DNA of 52,597 bases from Oligoflexales bacterium (GTDB lineage Bacteria > Bdellovibrionota_B > Oligoflexia > Oligoflexales > Bog-1112), in assembly GCA_045105515.1 (NCBI GenBank), contig JBGCDR010000161.1, forward strand, positions 1 through 52,597. Direction: 5' to 3'. Position 1 is the first letter of the stretch, and each line of letters begins with the position of its first letter. Of the stretch, positions 10,603-21,291 are shown piece by piece. The notes beneath the pieces are model-generated. The model was not told where the DNA came from. It ran no database searches and was given only the letters and a program-made list of their open reading frames with translations. Made by a program: the position numbers and the translations under genes.

Positions 10603-10983
10603 TCAAACTTTCTTGAATTTTTTTATTATTTTTTCTACTACACTACTGATTACAGATTCTTTGCACGGCTTAACAATCCAACCAACAACTCCATATTCTT
10701 TTGACTGATTTTTTAAGACTGGATCAGCCTCAGAAGACAAAATTAGAATGGGAGGCCTTGGGGCCGGGTATTTTGTATGCAATGTTTCACACATTTGCAT
10801 ACCATCCATTACGGGCATATTGAGATCTGTAATGATCAAGTCAAAGTCATTTTGTTTATCATAGATTGATAAACCCTCTTCTCCATTGACCGCAAGGGTC
10901 GCTGTATGCCCAGCTTTTTCAAGGGCTTCTTTAAGGCTGTCACGAACATGATCAGCGTCATCTACAACAAGGATTTTTGCCAT
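10603..10983 (-). CDS. Single-domain response regulator (CheY-like)
   Basis: ILVVDD, DLNMPVMDG, KP motif. Confidence 0.93.
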   Translation of the reverse strand: MAKILVVDDADHVRDSLKEALEKAGHTATLAVNGEEGLSIYDKQNDFDLIITDLNMPVMDGMQMCETLHTKYPAPRPPILILSSEADPVLKNQSKEYGVVGWIVKPCKESVISSVVEKIIKKFKKV

Positions 10984-11116
10984 TTCGCCCTCAAGCTTTG
11001 TAGATACGATTGTTTGGTGATTTTACTTTAGTATAATTTATAGGCTGCCTTTCAACAAGTAAGGGGGCAAGAAATTAGGCTGACTTGAGGCCATGTTTAG
11101 AATATTAGTGCAATGT

Positions 11117-12763
11117 TTACTGGGTGATAAATTGATTGCAGTCTATATTATCCAGTTCATCAAAGCCTCTTGCAATGGCAGTATCCTTAATTAAACAGGC
11201 ATTTTTTCCCTGGTTTAAATCTTTATCTCCTGACATAAGTGCAATTAGAAAATCTGCATAGCCACTATCCTCTTTTAAGTAGTTAATAGCTTGATAAACA
11301 ATATTAGCAGTAGGTTGTTGGCCAATATTCTTGCCAATATCCCAAAGCATCCCCGAGATGAGCTGAGAGATCTTATGAGGTTCGGAAGGTAGATTAGATC
11401 CATTCTTAGTAAAATCGTTGTCTGCTGTCCTCAGGCATTGAGTAGAGTTGCAAACTGAGCTGGTAACTGGGCAAATTGTTTCAGCTAAGCATGGATCATT
11501 GGTTCTAGCAAACACAAAGTAATCAGATAAACCCTCATGGAGGATTAGAGATTCTCCTCTTGTTTCTGTTAATTTGCGATATACGATATGATGTCCTAAC
11601 TCATGAGAAACAACCTCTGGGTCTTTCCACAGATTTTTAAGGGCTCTTCCATCACCATCACCCAGCTGAATCTGTGGGACTTCATTCCCATTCGGGTAAT
11701 AAACAGCAGTATTGTTAATTCCATCATTTTCGTCATCAATGGTTAATCGGATTTGTGGACCAGGCCAACCTTCAGACGACGGGAGGCTTTTAACCCAGTC
11801 AGAGTGAATGTTGGCATTATAAAAAATAGTAACTTGAAAAAGTGCGAAATTTGCCGATTCTGTTGTGAAGAAGAATGTCTTATCAGTGCTAAATGCCTTA
11901 TCGGGAACAAATTTGCTGTTGCAGAGAAAGTTACCTCCACTAATATTTGGAAGATCCACGCGGTTGATTTCGAATGAGTAAGATGTACCGTTTTGTACTC
12001 GTTGCAGAACATCTCCAGATCCCTCGGCAGTAAAGAATCCTCGATCGAATACATCGCCGTATTGATCTTTATAAAAATCTTTTTCATCTGCAATAGCATG
12101 AATTCTTGCTTGATGATTGCCAATTCGAACTTGTGAAAAATCCCAGAAAGGAAGAAGTGTTCCAGAGCTGTCAAAACCAAGACAGGCTGCAACATTATAG
12201 TCTTTATACATTAAATCAGTAATTTGATAATCTAAGAAGGCTGGTTCTTGTTTGATCCGATTAAAAATAACTTTAGCAGCTGATTTAACATCAGGCCATT
12301 CTGGTAAACTCGTGCTTTTATCAAATTCTGGAATTTTTGGTAAATTACCATAGTGGACCAAATTACCTTCATCCATATATGCGATGATTTTGTGACTGCA
12401 GAATGGGATGCCTTTAAACTCAAAACCAAGAGTTACGGTTTCTTTGTTTCTTTGTAGAAGACCTAAGCCTGTAGTGATTGGTGTGTAAGTTGCTGGATCC
12501 GCGACGACTTTGACCCCTTCTGGAAGCTCATCCTGAAGAGCAAGCTGAGTGTTTTCTTGAAGTGCTATCATGGATCCAATATCTTGGCTCGTTAGTGATA
12601 AGCCTGACTTTGATAGACCAATTGCTTTACAAATTGGGTCGTTAACACCTAATCCATTTGCAGAGAAAGGTTTATTTAGTCGACGTTTATCGACTACAGT
12701 TTCTTCCATGCAAGATCCCAAGACAAAGCTTATTACAAGCAAGATTTTGAGACAAAAGGCCAT
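11117..12763 (-). CDS. M4/M36-type zinc metallopeptidase, lipoprotein
   Basis: Lipobox LGSC, NNTAVY, HELGH, third ligand in HEGLSD, EPH. Confidence 0.8.
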   Translation of the reverse strand: MAFCLKILLVISFVLGSCMEETVVDKRRLNKPFSANGLGVNDPICKAIGLSKSGLSLTSQDIGSMIALQENTQLALQDELPEGVKVVADPATYTPITTGLGLLQRNKETVTLGFEFKGIPFCSHKIIAYMDEGNLVHYGNLPKIPEFDKSTSLPEWPDVKSAAKVIFNRIKQEPAFLDYQITDLMYKDYNVAACLGFDSSGTLLPFWDFSQVRIGNHQARIHAIADEKDFYKDQYGDVFDRGFFTAEGSGDVLQRVQNGTSYSFEINRVDLPNISGGNFLCNSKFVPDKAFSTDKTFFFTTESANFALFQVTIFYNANIHSDWVKSLPSSEGWPGPQIRLTIDDENDGINNTAVYYPNGNEVPQIQLGDGDGRALKNLWKDPEVVSHELGHHIVYRKLTETRGESLILHEGLSDYFVFARTNDPCLAETICPVTSSVCNSTQCLRTADNDFTKNGSNLPSEPHKISQLISGMLWDIGKNIGQQPTANIVYQAINYLKEDSGYADFLIALMSGDKDLNQGKNACLIKDTAIARGFDELDNIDCNQFITQ

Positions 12764-12971
12764 TTTGATGTTTCGAGCCTCCTTAGAATGAGCTATCCCA
12801 CCACTTCAACATATCGGAGCTATGCTCGACTTTCTTTATATTTAGCGATTATTGATATTAAATTTATTAATATCAATAGCTTAAAGCCGCGAGAGCCTAG
12901 AAATTTATTGGTGCAGTTTGCATAAGCTTGATCGGTACTAACTCACTAACTTTATTGTCTTTCATCCTTAT

Positions 12972-13637
12972 TTAGCGGTAGACCTTCAGGATGCTAGTGC
13001 TCTTACCAGTAGGGCAACAGGCATCGAATAAGTAGAGGTGAAGAGACATTGAGATAGCGTCGCTAGTGTTTTCTAAGTGATGAATGTTTGGTTGGCATTT
13101 ATGCAGATAAGCTCCCTCATATGGTTTGTAAATCTGGGACCGTATCTTTTCCAAACATGGGTTAGGATCGTCTTTGGTTTGTTCTGTCTCTTGATATAAG
13201 GTCTCTTGCACCAAGCCTTTAAGGCACAAAGGAGCACAATCTACTCGATGCGAATGCTTCGGGGTTTTTTGTTTTGGTGCGAAAACAATAAGCGTAAATG
13301 AAAATGGTGGGAGCCAAGCTTCGATATGGTTATATATAATATATTTTTGATAGGATCTACTAGAAGCTGGATAGACTGTTAGATCGATTTTTTCCAAAAT
13401 ATTCTTGCTGCTTTTTAATTCTTCGAAAATTAAAAAAGGAATTTTGGAACCATTTATTCTTCCTTTATGAGCAGAAAGAGAGGATTCTACAAAACTCCTC
13501 AAGATCTTTGAGTTCTGTTTTTGGCCGTCAAGTTTACCTTGAGCCAGATTTTGATCTTGGTTTTTATGAGAACTTAAGCTGTGCCAGTCGTTAGAGGTGA
13601 CCATAGTATCTATCCTGGGTCTTATTGGAGGATTCAA
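12972..13637 (-). CDS. Cysteine dioxygenase-family cupin (start uncertain)
   Basis: TPKHSH...C, IHHLEN, SLHLY. Confidence 0.75.
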   Translation of the reverse strand: MNPPIRPRIDTMVTSNDWHSLSSHKNQDQNLAQGKLDGQKQNSKILRSFVESSLSAHKGRINGSKIPFLIFEELKSSKNILEKIDLTVYPASSRSYQKYIIYNHIEAWLPPFSFTLIVFAPKQKTPKHSHRVDCAPLCLKGLVQETLYQETEQTKDDPNPCLEKIRSQIYKPYEGAYLHKCQPNIHHLENTSDAISMSLHLYLFDACCPTGKSTSILKVYR

Positions 13638-13687
13638 TTTTTTCTGTCAAAATCGTGTGCTCTAAGGATATCGAAATTGATATGGTA

Positions 13688-15037
13688 TTAGCAAGCTTTT
13701 ACTCGGTTATATATTGAATGTGGACTAAAATGGTGGAACGCAGCTGATGTAGCCATCCTGTAGCCTGCTAGTAAGCATAAAGATAACCAAACACCAAACA
13801 GATTGTCCAAGATTATTGTTAGAAGGCCAATTGAAGGAATAAATATAAGAACAAGTCCTTCTAACATTCGCTTTCTCAGAAATGTATAGTCTCTAGTTCC
13901 AAATAAAATTCCATCATACACATACACAAGACCATTAATGGGTTGGGTCAAAACCAGAATTAACCAAATGGTATCTAGGAGTGTCCTAAGCTCTTGGTCG
14001 CTGCTAAATATTGGGATGATAAAACTTTTTCCAAAGGTATAAATCAAGCTAAATAGGCAACCGCAAAAGAATCCTCCTGTTAGCAGACGTTTGCTCATAA
14101 GCTTGTGCAAATCTTTCTTATTTTCTCCTATTAGCTTCGAGCCAATAGAAGCTGCTGTTACTGCTAGGCCATCTGTAAAGAAAGAAGTTAATAACCAAAG
14201 TTGCAATGCAATTTGATGGGCTGCCAATGACAAAGATCCTAAACGGGTAGCTATAGCGCTCATCAAAAACACACTTGTAGTTAAGCATGCAGATCTTCCA
14301 AATAAATTAAGACTGTCTTTACTGAAGCTTTTCACATACCGCAGAGGAATATGACCTTTAATGGACCATTTGAAAATTTTTTGTTTGAAGATGAGCCAGT
14401 ACAGAGATACGGTATTTCCAGCTGCAAATGCTAGTACCGTTGACCAAGCTACCCCCTGCATGCCCAGAGAAAAGTGATACAAACTGAGGTAAGAGCCGAT
14501 GGCATTGAATCCAGTAATAACAAAGATTACCAAGAAACACAGTTTGAATTGCTGTAGTCCCCTTAGAACACCCATAAGCGCTAAAGACAATAGTGAGAGG
14601 CTAAATCCAAGAATACGGATATTCCAATACACCTGAGCTGTATCACGAAGCTGCTCACTCGCTCCTAAAATGCTTTCTAGGAAAAAGTTCTTCCCGAACA
14701 TTAGCACTAGTGTCACCAAAGCTCCAATTCCTAAGGAAAGTAAAATTGCTAGCTTTATCAGGCCAAGGAGGGCATGTTCATTTCTTGAACCAAGATTTTG
14801 CCCGATTTGTGCAGTAACAGAATAGGATAGAAAATTGAACACCCAGGTAAATGAGGCAATGAAAGTATTGGTGGCTGCTGCACCGGCCACCCACAGACTA
14901 TTGAACTGGCCCAGCAATGCAGTATCAATGATTTCGGCAATAGGCTCTAAGGCGAGCGCTGCGATTGCGGGGATACTAGTGAGAAAAAGGCTGGGGTAGG
15001 AAATTTGATGAAGAGTGGTGGGAGTATTCATATGCAC
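13688..15037 (-). CDS. MATE-family efflux transporter (DinF-like)
   Basis: EPIAEIIDTALLG, GVLRG, AAHQI, DGLA; about 12 TM segments. Confidence 0.9.
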   Translation of the reverse strand: MHMNTPTTLHQISYPSLFLTSIPAIAALALEPIAEIIDTALLGQFNSLWVAGAAATNTFIASFTWVFNFLSYSVTAQIGQNLGSRNEHALLGLIKLAILLSLGIGALVTLVLMFGKNFFLESILGASEQLRDTAQVYWNIRILGFSLSLLSLALMGVLRGLQQFKLCFLVIFVITGFNAIGSYLSLYHFSLGMQGVAWSTVLAFAAGNTVSLYWLIFKQKIFKWSIKGHIPLRYVKSFSKDSLNLFGRSACLTTSVFLMSAIATRLGSLSLAAHQIALQLWLLTSFFTDGLAVTAASIGSKLIGENKKDLHKLMSKRLLTGGFFCGCLFSLIYTFGKSFIIPIFSSDQELRTLLDTIWLILVLTQPINGLVYVYDGILFGTRDYTFLRKRMLEGLVLIFIPSIGLLTIILDNLFGVWLSLCLLAGYRMATSAAFHHFSPHSIYNRVKAC

Positions 15038-15104
15038 CTTAAAATTGGTTTATATTTTTTACTAGGATCAAGACAAAAACTTATGCTAGTTTCAGTTTTT
15101 TTGT

Positions 15105-15749
15105 TTGGAGAATTCATTGTCACAAACTGCCTTCATTAACATGATTGCTGAGTACCGCAATTTGGTGCTAGCGAAATATGATTTAACTCAAGAACAACAT
15201 GCTCATGAAATTGAATTGTGTAATCGCTTTAGTAGTTTTGTACAGCAAAATCCATCTTGTTTCGAGTCTGATCATAACTTTCCACCAGAGCTTCCAGAAA
15301 GCTTGCAAGGGCATCTGACAGGCTCAGCGCTGGTTTTAAGTCCGGACCGATCTAAAGCCGTGTTAACTTTGCATAAAAAGTTGGGGAAATGGCTTCAGTT
15401 GGGTGGTCATGCAGATGGCAACCCGAGCCTTGAAGAAGTGGCAAAACGCGAAGCTCATGAAGAATCAGGGCTTAAAGATTTGCACTACATTTATTTCAAA
15501 GCAAGTTCTGGCAAGCGAATTTTGCCTTTTGATTTAGACATCCATGAGATTCCTCGTTCCTCAAAAAAGCCTCGCCATTATCACTATGATGTCCGCTACT
15601 TGCTTTTTGCTCAGGATGAGTGCCTCACCATTTCTGATGAATCAGAAGATCTACGGTGGTTTAGCTTTGATGAAGTAAGCAAGGTTTCTTATGAGGAAAG
15701 TTTGCTTAAACAGTTCAGGAAGCTGGAGCAATTACTCAAGGTCCTTTAG
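15105..15749 (+). CDS. NUDIX hydrolase
   Basis: GHLTGSA, WLQLGGHADG, Nudix box AKREAHEESG, HYDVRY. Confidence 0.92.
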   Translation: MENSLSQTAFINMIAEYRNLVLAKYDLTQEQHAHEIELCNRFSSFVQQNPSCFESDHNFPPELPESLQGHLTGSALVLSPDRSKAVLTLHKKLGKWLQLGGHADGNPSLEEVAKREAHEESGLKDLHYIYFKASSGKRILPFDLDIHEIPRSSKKPRHYHYDVRYLLFAQDECLTISDESEDLRWFSFDEVSKVSYEESLLKQFRKLEQLLKVL

Positions 15750-15757
15750 GCTGATTC

Positions 15758-15785
15758 TTGACAGCGTATTTTCTAATCTTATTCT
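15758..15785 (+). promoter_or_regulatory. Possible sigma70 promoter of the DnaJ-class gene
   Basis: TTGACA (15758-15763), 16 bp spacer, TATTCT (15780-15785). Confidence 0.4.
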
Positions 15786-15879
15786 TAGTAAAGGGACCGC
15801 TCAGTGATAGTGGAATCAAACCCTAAATATATCAGACTATTAAACTCCAGATGGACGTTATTCGGAGAGGTGCCTCTAA

Positions 15880-16770
15880 GTGATTGATTATTATGAAATC
15901 CTTGGCCTACAAAAAGGTGCATCGGATGATGAGATTAAAAAAGCCTACCGCAAGTTGGCATTGAAATATCATCCAGACCGCAATGCGGGTAATAAAGAGT
16001 ACGAAGAAAAATTTAAAAAAATCAGTGAGGCTTACGCAGTACTCTCTGATTCGGAAAAAAGAAAGCAATATGATACCTTCGGCTCCAGTGGTTTTCACCA
16101 ACGTTATTCTACAGATGATATTTTCCGCGGCACTGATTTTCACTCGATATTTAATGATTTTAATTTTGGTGGAGGTGGTGGTGGTAGTGGCTTTGATCAG
16201 ATCTTTAGTCAGATGTTTTCTGGGGGAGGCGCTCGCCGCTCGATGAAAGGTCAGGATGTGGAATATCCCCTCCGCATCAGTTTTGAAGACAGTTTCAACG
16301 GTGCTGAGAAGCAGGTCATCTTTACCCTTTCTAACGGGGAAAGTAGGGATTTAAAAATTAAAATACCTGCAGGTGTGACCGATGGCGGAAAGCTTCGAGT
16401 TGCAGGAAAAGGTGCAAAATCCCCTCATGGCGGACAAGCTGGTGACCTCTTAGTGGTCGTTAATGTGATTCCTCATGCTACCTTCTCACGCAATGGACAA
16501 GATATCGAAGTTGACCTACCCCTGAAGCTTTCTCAAGCCATATTGGGAGATAGTGTAGAGCTAAAGACTCCCGATGGAACAAGAAAGATTAAGGTCCCTG
16601 CAGGGGTGAATTCTGGGACTAAGATTAGGCTGAGAGGTTTAGGATTTCAATCACCGCGAAACCCTAGTCAAAGAGGAGATCTCTTTGGAATCATTAAGCT
16701 TGAGATTCCGCAAAATCTTGATTCTACTCAAAGGAAAGTAATCGAAAAGTTGCAGGAAGCTGGCCTCTGA
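15880..16770 (+). CDS. DnaJ class B / CbpA-like co-chaperone
   Basis: J-domain with HPD, G/F-rich linker, C-terminal domain, no zinc finger. Confidence 0.93.
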   Translation: MIDYYEILGLQKGASDDEIKKAYRKLALKYHPDRNAGNKEYEEKFKKISEAYAVLSDSEKRKQYDTFGSSGFHQRYSTDDIFRGTDFHSIFNDFNFGGGGGGSGFDQIFSQMFSGGGARRSMKGQDVEYPLRISFEDSFNGAEKQVIFTLSNGESRDLKIKIPAGVTDGGKLRVAGKGAKSPHGGQAGDLLVVVNVIPHATFSRNGQDIEVDLPLKLSQAILGDSVELKTPDGTRKIKVPAGVNSGTKIRLRGLGFQSPRNPSQRGDLFGIIKLEIPQNLDSTQRKVIEKLQEAGL

Positions 16771-16772
16771 AT

Positions 16773-17699
16773 TTAGTTTTTTGGCTGTTTGTCTCCTTCA
16801 ATTTGCGGCTCAGGTTTCAGGTACCTATCTGGCTTTACGGGCTCCGGAGCTTTTATGAGCATTTCGGTTTTAGGGGTATAAAAACTCTTTAATTCCATGA
16901 CGACATTGCCGATTTTGATCTCCCCGGTGAGTTTGACTAATGGGCGGTTTGGGTGGTTTTTTGCTATCCATGCGAAAACATCACCTTTTTGTTGGAGTTC
17001 TTTGCCGATATAGGTTTGCAGTTTTAATTTAAAGGCTTGGAATTCTCCCGCGGGCACTTTGATCTGTTCAATGGCCACAGGTTTTGCTTCCAGCCACCAG
17101 TTCTTTTGCGAGGAATATACTAATAATTTCTGCATTTTGCCTATTTCGAAATCAAGAGTTCTGATCTTGTAAATAACTCCAAGAGCATCAATTGCTCCAG
17201 GGTTTAATTCTGCTTTCTCAATTTTTGCTGGTTTTTCTGGTTTTTTTATCGTTTCTAAGACTTTGCAGTTCTGATGGTTAAATGTAAGCCACTTCTCTTG
17301 AATGAAGCGACTCCCGAACATCTTACCTTCATCTTGTTTGATATAAAATTTCTTGATGGCAAAGTTTTGAGGGCTTGAATATGCCATTGCATAATCCTTT
17401 GCGACGAAAATAGCTCGGTACCAATCACCAGTACTTGCATGAGCAACAAAGTGCTGAAGCCAATTATTACTGTATTTTACCGGGTTGCGAACCTCGAGAT
17501 GCCCATACCCCACCAAGACTCCAAAATAATGCACTTCATAGGAAGCTTTTTCACCAGGGTAGAACGGTTGGCCTTGATAGACTTCTTTTTGGCTACTGAT
17601 AGTGCGCGGGGTCTTGAGTGGTGGCTTGCATTCAGCATACAAAGTGCCGGAAATCAGTGACAAGCCCAAAACTGCTTTAACTTTTTGCTGGAAAATCAT
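16773..17699 (-). CDS. DUF3108-like exported protein
   Basis: Signal peptide, PFYPGEKASY, EQIKVPAGEF, VFAWI...PLVK pattern. Confidence 0.7.
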   Translation of the reverse strand: MIFQQKVKAVLGLSLISGTLYAECKPPLKTPRTISSQKEVYQGQPFYPGEKASYEVHYFGVLVGYGHLEVRNPVKYSNNWLQHFVAHASTGDWYRAIFVAKDYAMAYSSPQNFAIKKFYIKQDEGKMFGSRFIQEKWLTFNHQNCKVLETIKKPEKPAKIEKAELNPGAIDALGVIYKIRTLDFEIGKMQKLLVYSSQKNWWLEAKPVAIEQIKVPAGEFQAFKLKLQTYIGKELQQKGDVFAWIAKNHPNRPLVKLTGEIKIGNVVMELKSFYTPKTEMLIKAPEPVKPDRYLKPEPQIEGDKQPKN

Positions 17700-17903
17700 A
17701 TAAACTGCTTTCTATGTTTAGGCCACTTGACGGGTGTTCCTGATAAATATTTGCTTTGTACCCTATACTATAGCACTACATGATTGATTTTTATCTGTTA
17801 ACATGTTACTGGGAACCGTCAACGATAACGTTAACCTTTTTACCACTATCAGTTGCGCTTAAGAAAAAATGATAGCAAGCGCTTACGGGAGTAACCACGT
17901 TTT

Positions 17904-19679
17904 ATGAACCTTTCAGAATCTAAGTTGGTCGGAATCGGTGTCGTTAAATGGGAAGATGAAGACACTGAATTTGATCATCAGGACAATGCTTCCAAAGAAT
18001 TTAGTAACATGCTTGAAGAAAACCCTGGTGGTTCCGCAATTCGCGAAGGAACTATCGTCAAGGGGAGCATTGTACGTATCACTGACGACACCGTCCATAT
18101 TGATATTGGTCATAAGGCGGATGGTGAAGTGCCGATCCAAGAGTTCCGTGGAGCTGATGGTGAGTTAAGTGCTCAAGTTGGTGACGACATCGAGGTTTAC
18201 CTTGATTGCTTCGAAGACAACGATGGAGAGATGGTACTCAGCCGCGAAAGAGCAGAAATGCTTAGGGCATGGGATCGCATCTCCGAAGCTTACGAAAATG
18301 ACGAGATTGTTGAAGGTATGATCATGGCCCGCGTTAAGGGTGGTCTATCTGTCGATATCGGTGTCAAAGCCTTCCTACCAGGCTCACAGGTTGATTTGAG
18401 ACCTGTACGTAATTTGGACAAGTTGATCAATAATAAGTTCAATTTCAAAATTATTAAGTTCAACAAGAAGCGTGGAAACATCGTTCTTAGCCGTAGAGTC
18501 CTTCTTGAGCAAGATCGTGAAAAACTACGCACTGAGACTCTTGAAAGTCTCAAAGAAGGTGCGGTTCTTAAAGGAATCGTTAAGAATATCACCGATTACG
18601 GTGCATTCGTTGACCTTGGCGGAATTGATGGACTTCTTCACATCACAGATATGTCTTGGGGTCGCATAAACCACCCAAGTCAGTTATTTGAAGTTGGTCA
18701 AGAAGTTGAAGTTAAGGTTCTTAACTACGATGAGGGTCGTCAGCGTGTATCACTTGGCTACAAGCAGCTGCAAGAGGATCCTTGGGATAAAGCTTCTAAG
18801 ATTTACACTGAAGGCATTAAGACTAAAGGTACTGTTGTCAGCTTAACTGATTACGGTGCGTTTGTTGAGCTTGAAGATGGCATCGAAGGCTTGATTCATA
18901 TCAGTGAAATGTCATGGTCTAAGCGAATCCGTCATCCTTCTAAGGTGGTCTCGATTGGCGATGAAGTCGATGTTGTGGTTCTTGCAATCGATCTTGAAGC
19001 TAGACGTATTAGCTTGGGTATGAAGCAAATGGAGCCAAATCCTTGGGAAATCGTTAACGAAAAATACAGTGTTGGCGATATCATCCGAGGAAAGATTAGA
19101 AACATTACTGATTTCGGTATCTTTGTCGGAATTGAAGAAGGTATTGATGGACTGATTCATATCTCAGATATCAGCTGGACAGAACGTATTAAGCACCCAG
19201 GAGATATCTACAAAAAAGGTGATGAGGTCGAAGCGAAGATTCTTCAGATTAATACCGAAGGTGAAAAATTCTCTCTTGGTATTAAGCAACTGAGTGAAGA
19301 TCCATGGGTTGCAGCTGCACGAGACTTTGTTCCTGGAAGCAAAGGCAAAGGTGTTGTAACTAAGCTTACGGACTTCGGTGTTTTTGTTCAGATCGCAGAA
19401 GGCGTTGAAGGGATGATTCACGTTAGTGAACTTGACTCTCAACCAGTCGAAAAGCCAGGTGATGTGGTAAAAGAAGGTGATGATATTGAGTTCTTGGTAC
19501 TTTCAAGTGACTCAGAAGAAAGAAGATTTTCACTTTCTCGTAAAGCCCACTTGCAAGGTCTTGATGGAGCGCAGTTGAAAGAATATCTCAGCACAGTTAC
19601 TGAACCACAGACGGCATTTGCTGACGCCTTTAACCTAGCTCAAGAAGTTGCAGCTTCTGACAAGACTAAAGAAGACTAA
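17904..19679 (+). CDS. rpsA: 30S ribosomal protein S1
   Basis: Six S1 repeats (AFLPGSQVD, YGAFVDLGGIDGLLHITDMSW, etc.). Confidence 0.98.
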   Translation: MNLSESKLVGIGVVKWEDEDTEFDHQDNASKEFSNMLEENPGGSAIREGTIVKGSIVRITDDTVHIDIGHKADGEVPIQEFRGADGELSAQVGDDIEVYLDCFEDNDGEMVLSRERAEMLRAWDRISEAYENDEIVEGMIMARVKGGLSVDIGVKAFLPGSQVDLRPVRNLDKLINNKFNFKIIKFNKKRGNIVLSRRVLLEQDREKLRTETLESLKEGAVLKGIVKNITDYGAFVDLGGIDGLLHITDMSWGRINHPSQLFEVGQEVEVKVLNYDEGRQRVSLGYKQLQEDPWDKASKIYTEGIKTKGTVVSLTDYGAFVELEDGIEGLIHISEMSWSKRIRHPSKVVSIGDEVDVVVLAIDLEARRISLGMKQMEPNPWEIVNEKYSVGDIIRGKIRNITDFGIFVGIEEGIDGLIHISDISWTERIKHPGDIYKKGDEVEAKILQINTEGEKFSLGIKQLSEDPWVAAARDFVPGSKGKGVVTKLTDFGVFVQIAEGVEGMIHVSELDSQPVEKPGDVVKEGDDIEFLVLSSDSEERRFSLSRKAHLQGLDGAQLKEYLSTVTEPQTAFADAFNLAQEVAASDKTKED

Positions 19680-19719
19680 GGAAGTACTTCTCATCTAACT
19701 CATTTTTAAAACTGTTTGT

Positions 19720-19747
19720 AAAACCCGCGCTAAGCGGGTTTTTTTTT
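19720..19747 (+). terminator. Rho-independent terminator of rpsA
   Basis: AAAACCCGC-GCTAA-GCGGGTTTT stem-loop running into a T tract. Confidence 0.9.
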
Positions 19748-19881
19748 ATTCTTGCCCCTTTTAAAAAAACATGCCAAACATTTCACTGCTATGAATTAAG
19801 TGAAATATTGAAGCGATGCATACCCATTGAGCTTATAAGCAAATATTGGTGGTTTTGAACTTTTTGATATAGGATGCGCCT

Positions 19882-21258
19882 TTGTCAACGAAACTGACGC
19901 AAACAAGAGAAATAGCCTACGATTCTTTCGTCGAGGTCATGGAACACAAAAAGAATCCTGACGAAGTGGTCGAAGCTCACTTTGCTAAACAAAATGAACC
20001 TCTCAGGCGTATAGATCGCAATTTGGTCAAAGAAATCCTATATGGAAGCTTGCGCTGGTATTCGAAGATTTTTTGGATTGTGCAGAATACCTCTAATCGA
20101 GATCTGGAAAAATCTTCTCCCGAGATTAGAACTGCGCTCATTTTAGGAACTTATCAAATATTTTATATGGATAGGATTCCTGATAGGGCTGCAGTGAATG
20201 AAAGTGTCGAGTATATTCGGAAAAAAGGGCAATCCCACGCTGTAAAATTTGTGAATGGAATTCTTCGTTCAATAGCTAGGCGATCTGAATATTTTACTAA
20301 GCCTGATAAAGACAAACGCCCAGTAGACTATTTGGCACTTCAATTTTCGCATCCTAAATGGATTGTCGAGCGGTGGAGTAGGCGTTTTAATTTTGAACGC
20401 ATAAAAGACCTTCTGGCTGATAATAATAAAACTCCGCCTTATTCAGTTCGAATCAATAGTCTCAAGGTATCTTCCGAACAGACTCAGGAATTCCGCTCAC
20501 AATTACTGAAACAAGACAAAAATCATTCAAATCGAAGGTCACTAAGGTCTTGTTTGCATTTAAAAATATCTCCTAATTTTTCTCCTGATAGCTTATTTCA
20601 GAATGGTTATTACAGCATCCAAGATGAAGCTTCGCAACTAGTAGGCTTATTGGTTGCTCCACAAGCTGGAGAAACCGTGCTAGATGCCTGCTGTGGCCCT
20701 GGTGGCAAGGTGGGGCATATTTATGAACTAGGAAAAGGAGAGATCAATCTAATTGGTGTAGAGAAGGACGAATTACAACTTCAGAAAGCTAAGGAAAACT
20801 TTGAAAGGCTTGGACATACGGAAAAAGTTACCTGGGTGCATGAAAGTTTTAATGATTTTAAGCCTGAGGAACCAATAGATAGGATTTTGCTAGATTCTCC
20901 TTGTTCTGGATTAGGAGTTTTGAGACGACATCCAGAAGGTAAGTGGCACAAAAAAATCAGTATCATTAGCAATATGGCAAACAAGCAGCGGGAACTTCTT
21001 ACCCATGCAATATCAATACTTAAACCAGGTGGAGAGCTGATTTATTCTGTATGTTCTTTCGAGTATGAAGAAACAGTTGGGCAGTTAGAGTGGCTCCAAA
21101 ATGAGTTTGGAGATAAAATAGAGTTGATATCACCTTTAGGTAGGCTTCCCGATTATTATAAGCGCTTCGTTACGAAAGAGTTAGTGTTGCTCATTTACTC
21201 TGGAAACAAGGAATTGATGGATGGCTTTGGAGCATTTATAGTACGGAAAGTTAGTTAA
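19882..21258 (+). CDS. rsmB: 16S rRNA m5C967 methyltransferase (NusB-like domain + MTase)
   Basis: AAVNESVE, FVNGILR, SHPKW, IQDEASQ, DACCGPGGK, DSPCSGLG, YSVCS. Confidence 0.93.
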   Translation: MSTKLTQTREIAYDSFVEVMEHKKNPDEVVEAHFAKQNEPLRRIDRNLVKEILYGSLRWYSKIFWIVQNTSNRDLEKSSPEIRTALILGTYQIFYMDRIPDRAAVNESVEYIRKKGQSHAVKFVNGILRSIARRSEYFTKPDKDKRPVDYLALQFSHPKWIVERWSRRFNFERIKDLLADNNKTPPYSVRINSLKVSSEQTQEFRSQLLKQDKNHSNRRSLRSCLHLKISPNFSPDSLFQNGYYSIQDEASQLVGLLVAPQAGETVLDACCGPGGKVGHIYELGKGEINLIGVEKDELQLQKAKENFERLGHTEKVTWVHESFNDFKPEEPIDRILLDSPCSGLGVLRRHPEGKWHKKISIISNMANKQRELLTHAISILKPGGELIYSVCSFEYEETVGQLEWLQNEFGDKIELISPLGRLPDYYKRFVTKELVLLIYSGNKELMDGFGAFIVRKVS

Positions 21259-21291
21259 AGGTAAAAACCCTTATACTAGGCTTGTCTCCAC

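Noticed and set aside
3978..19679. cmk and rpsA not adjacent, unlike the common cmk-rpsA operon
   Set aside because: Ordinary local rearrangement; no repeat or mobile element found that explains it.
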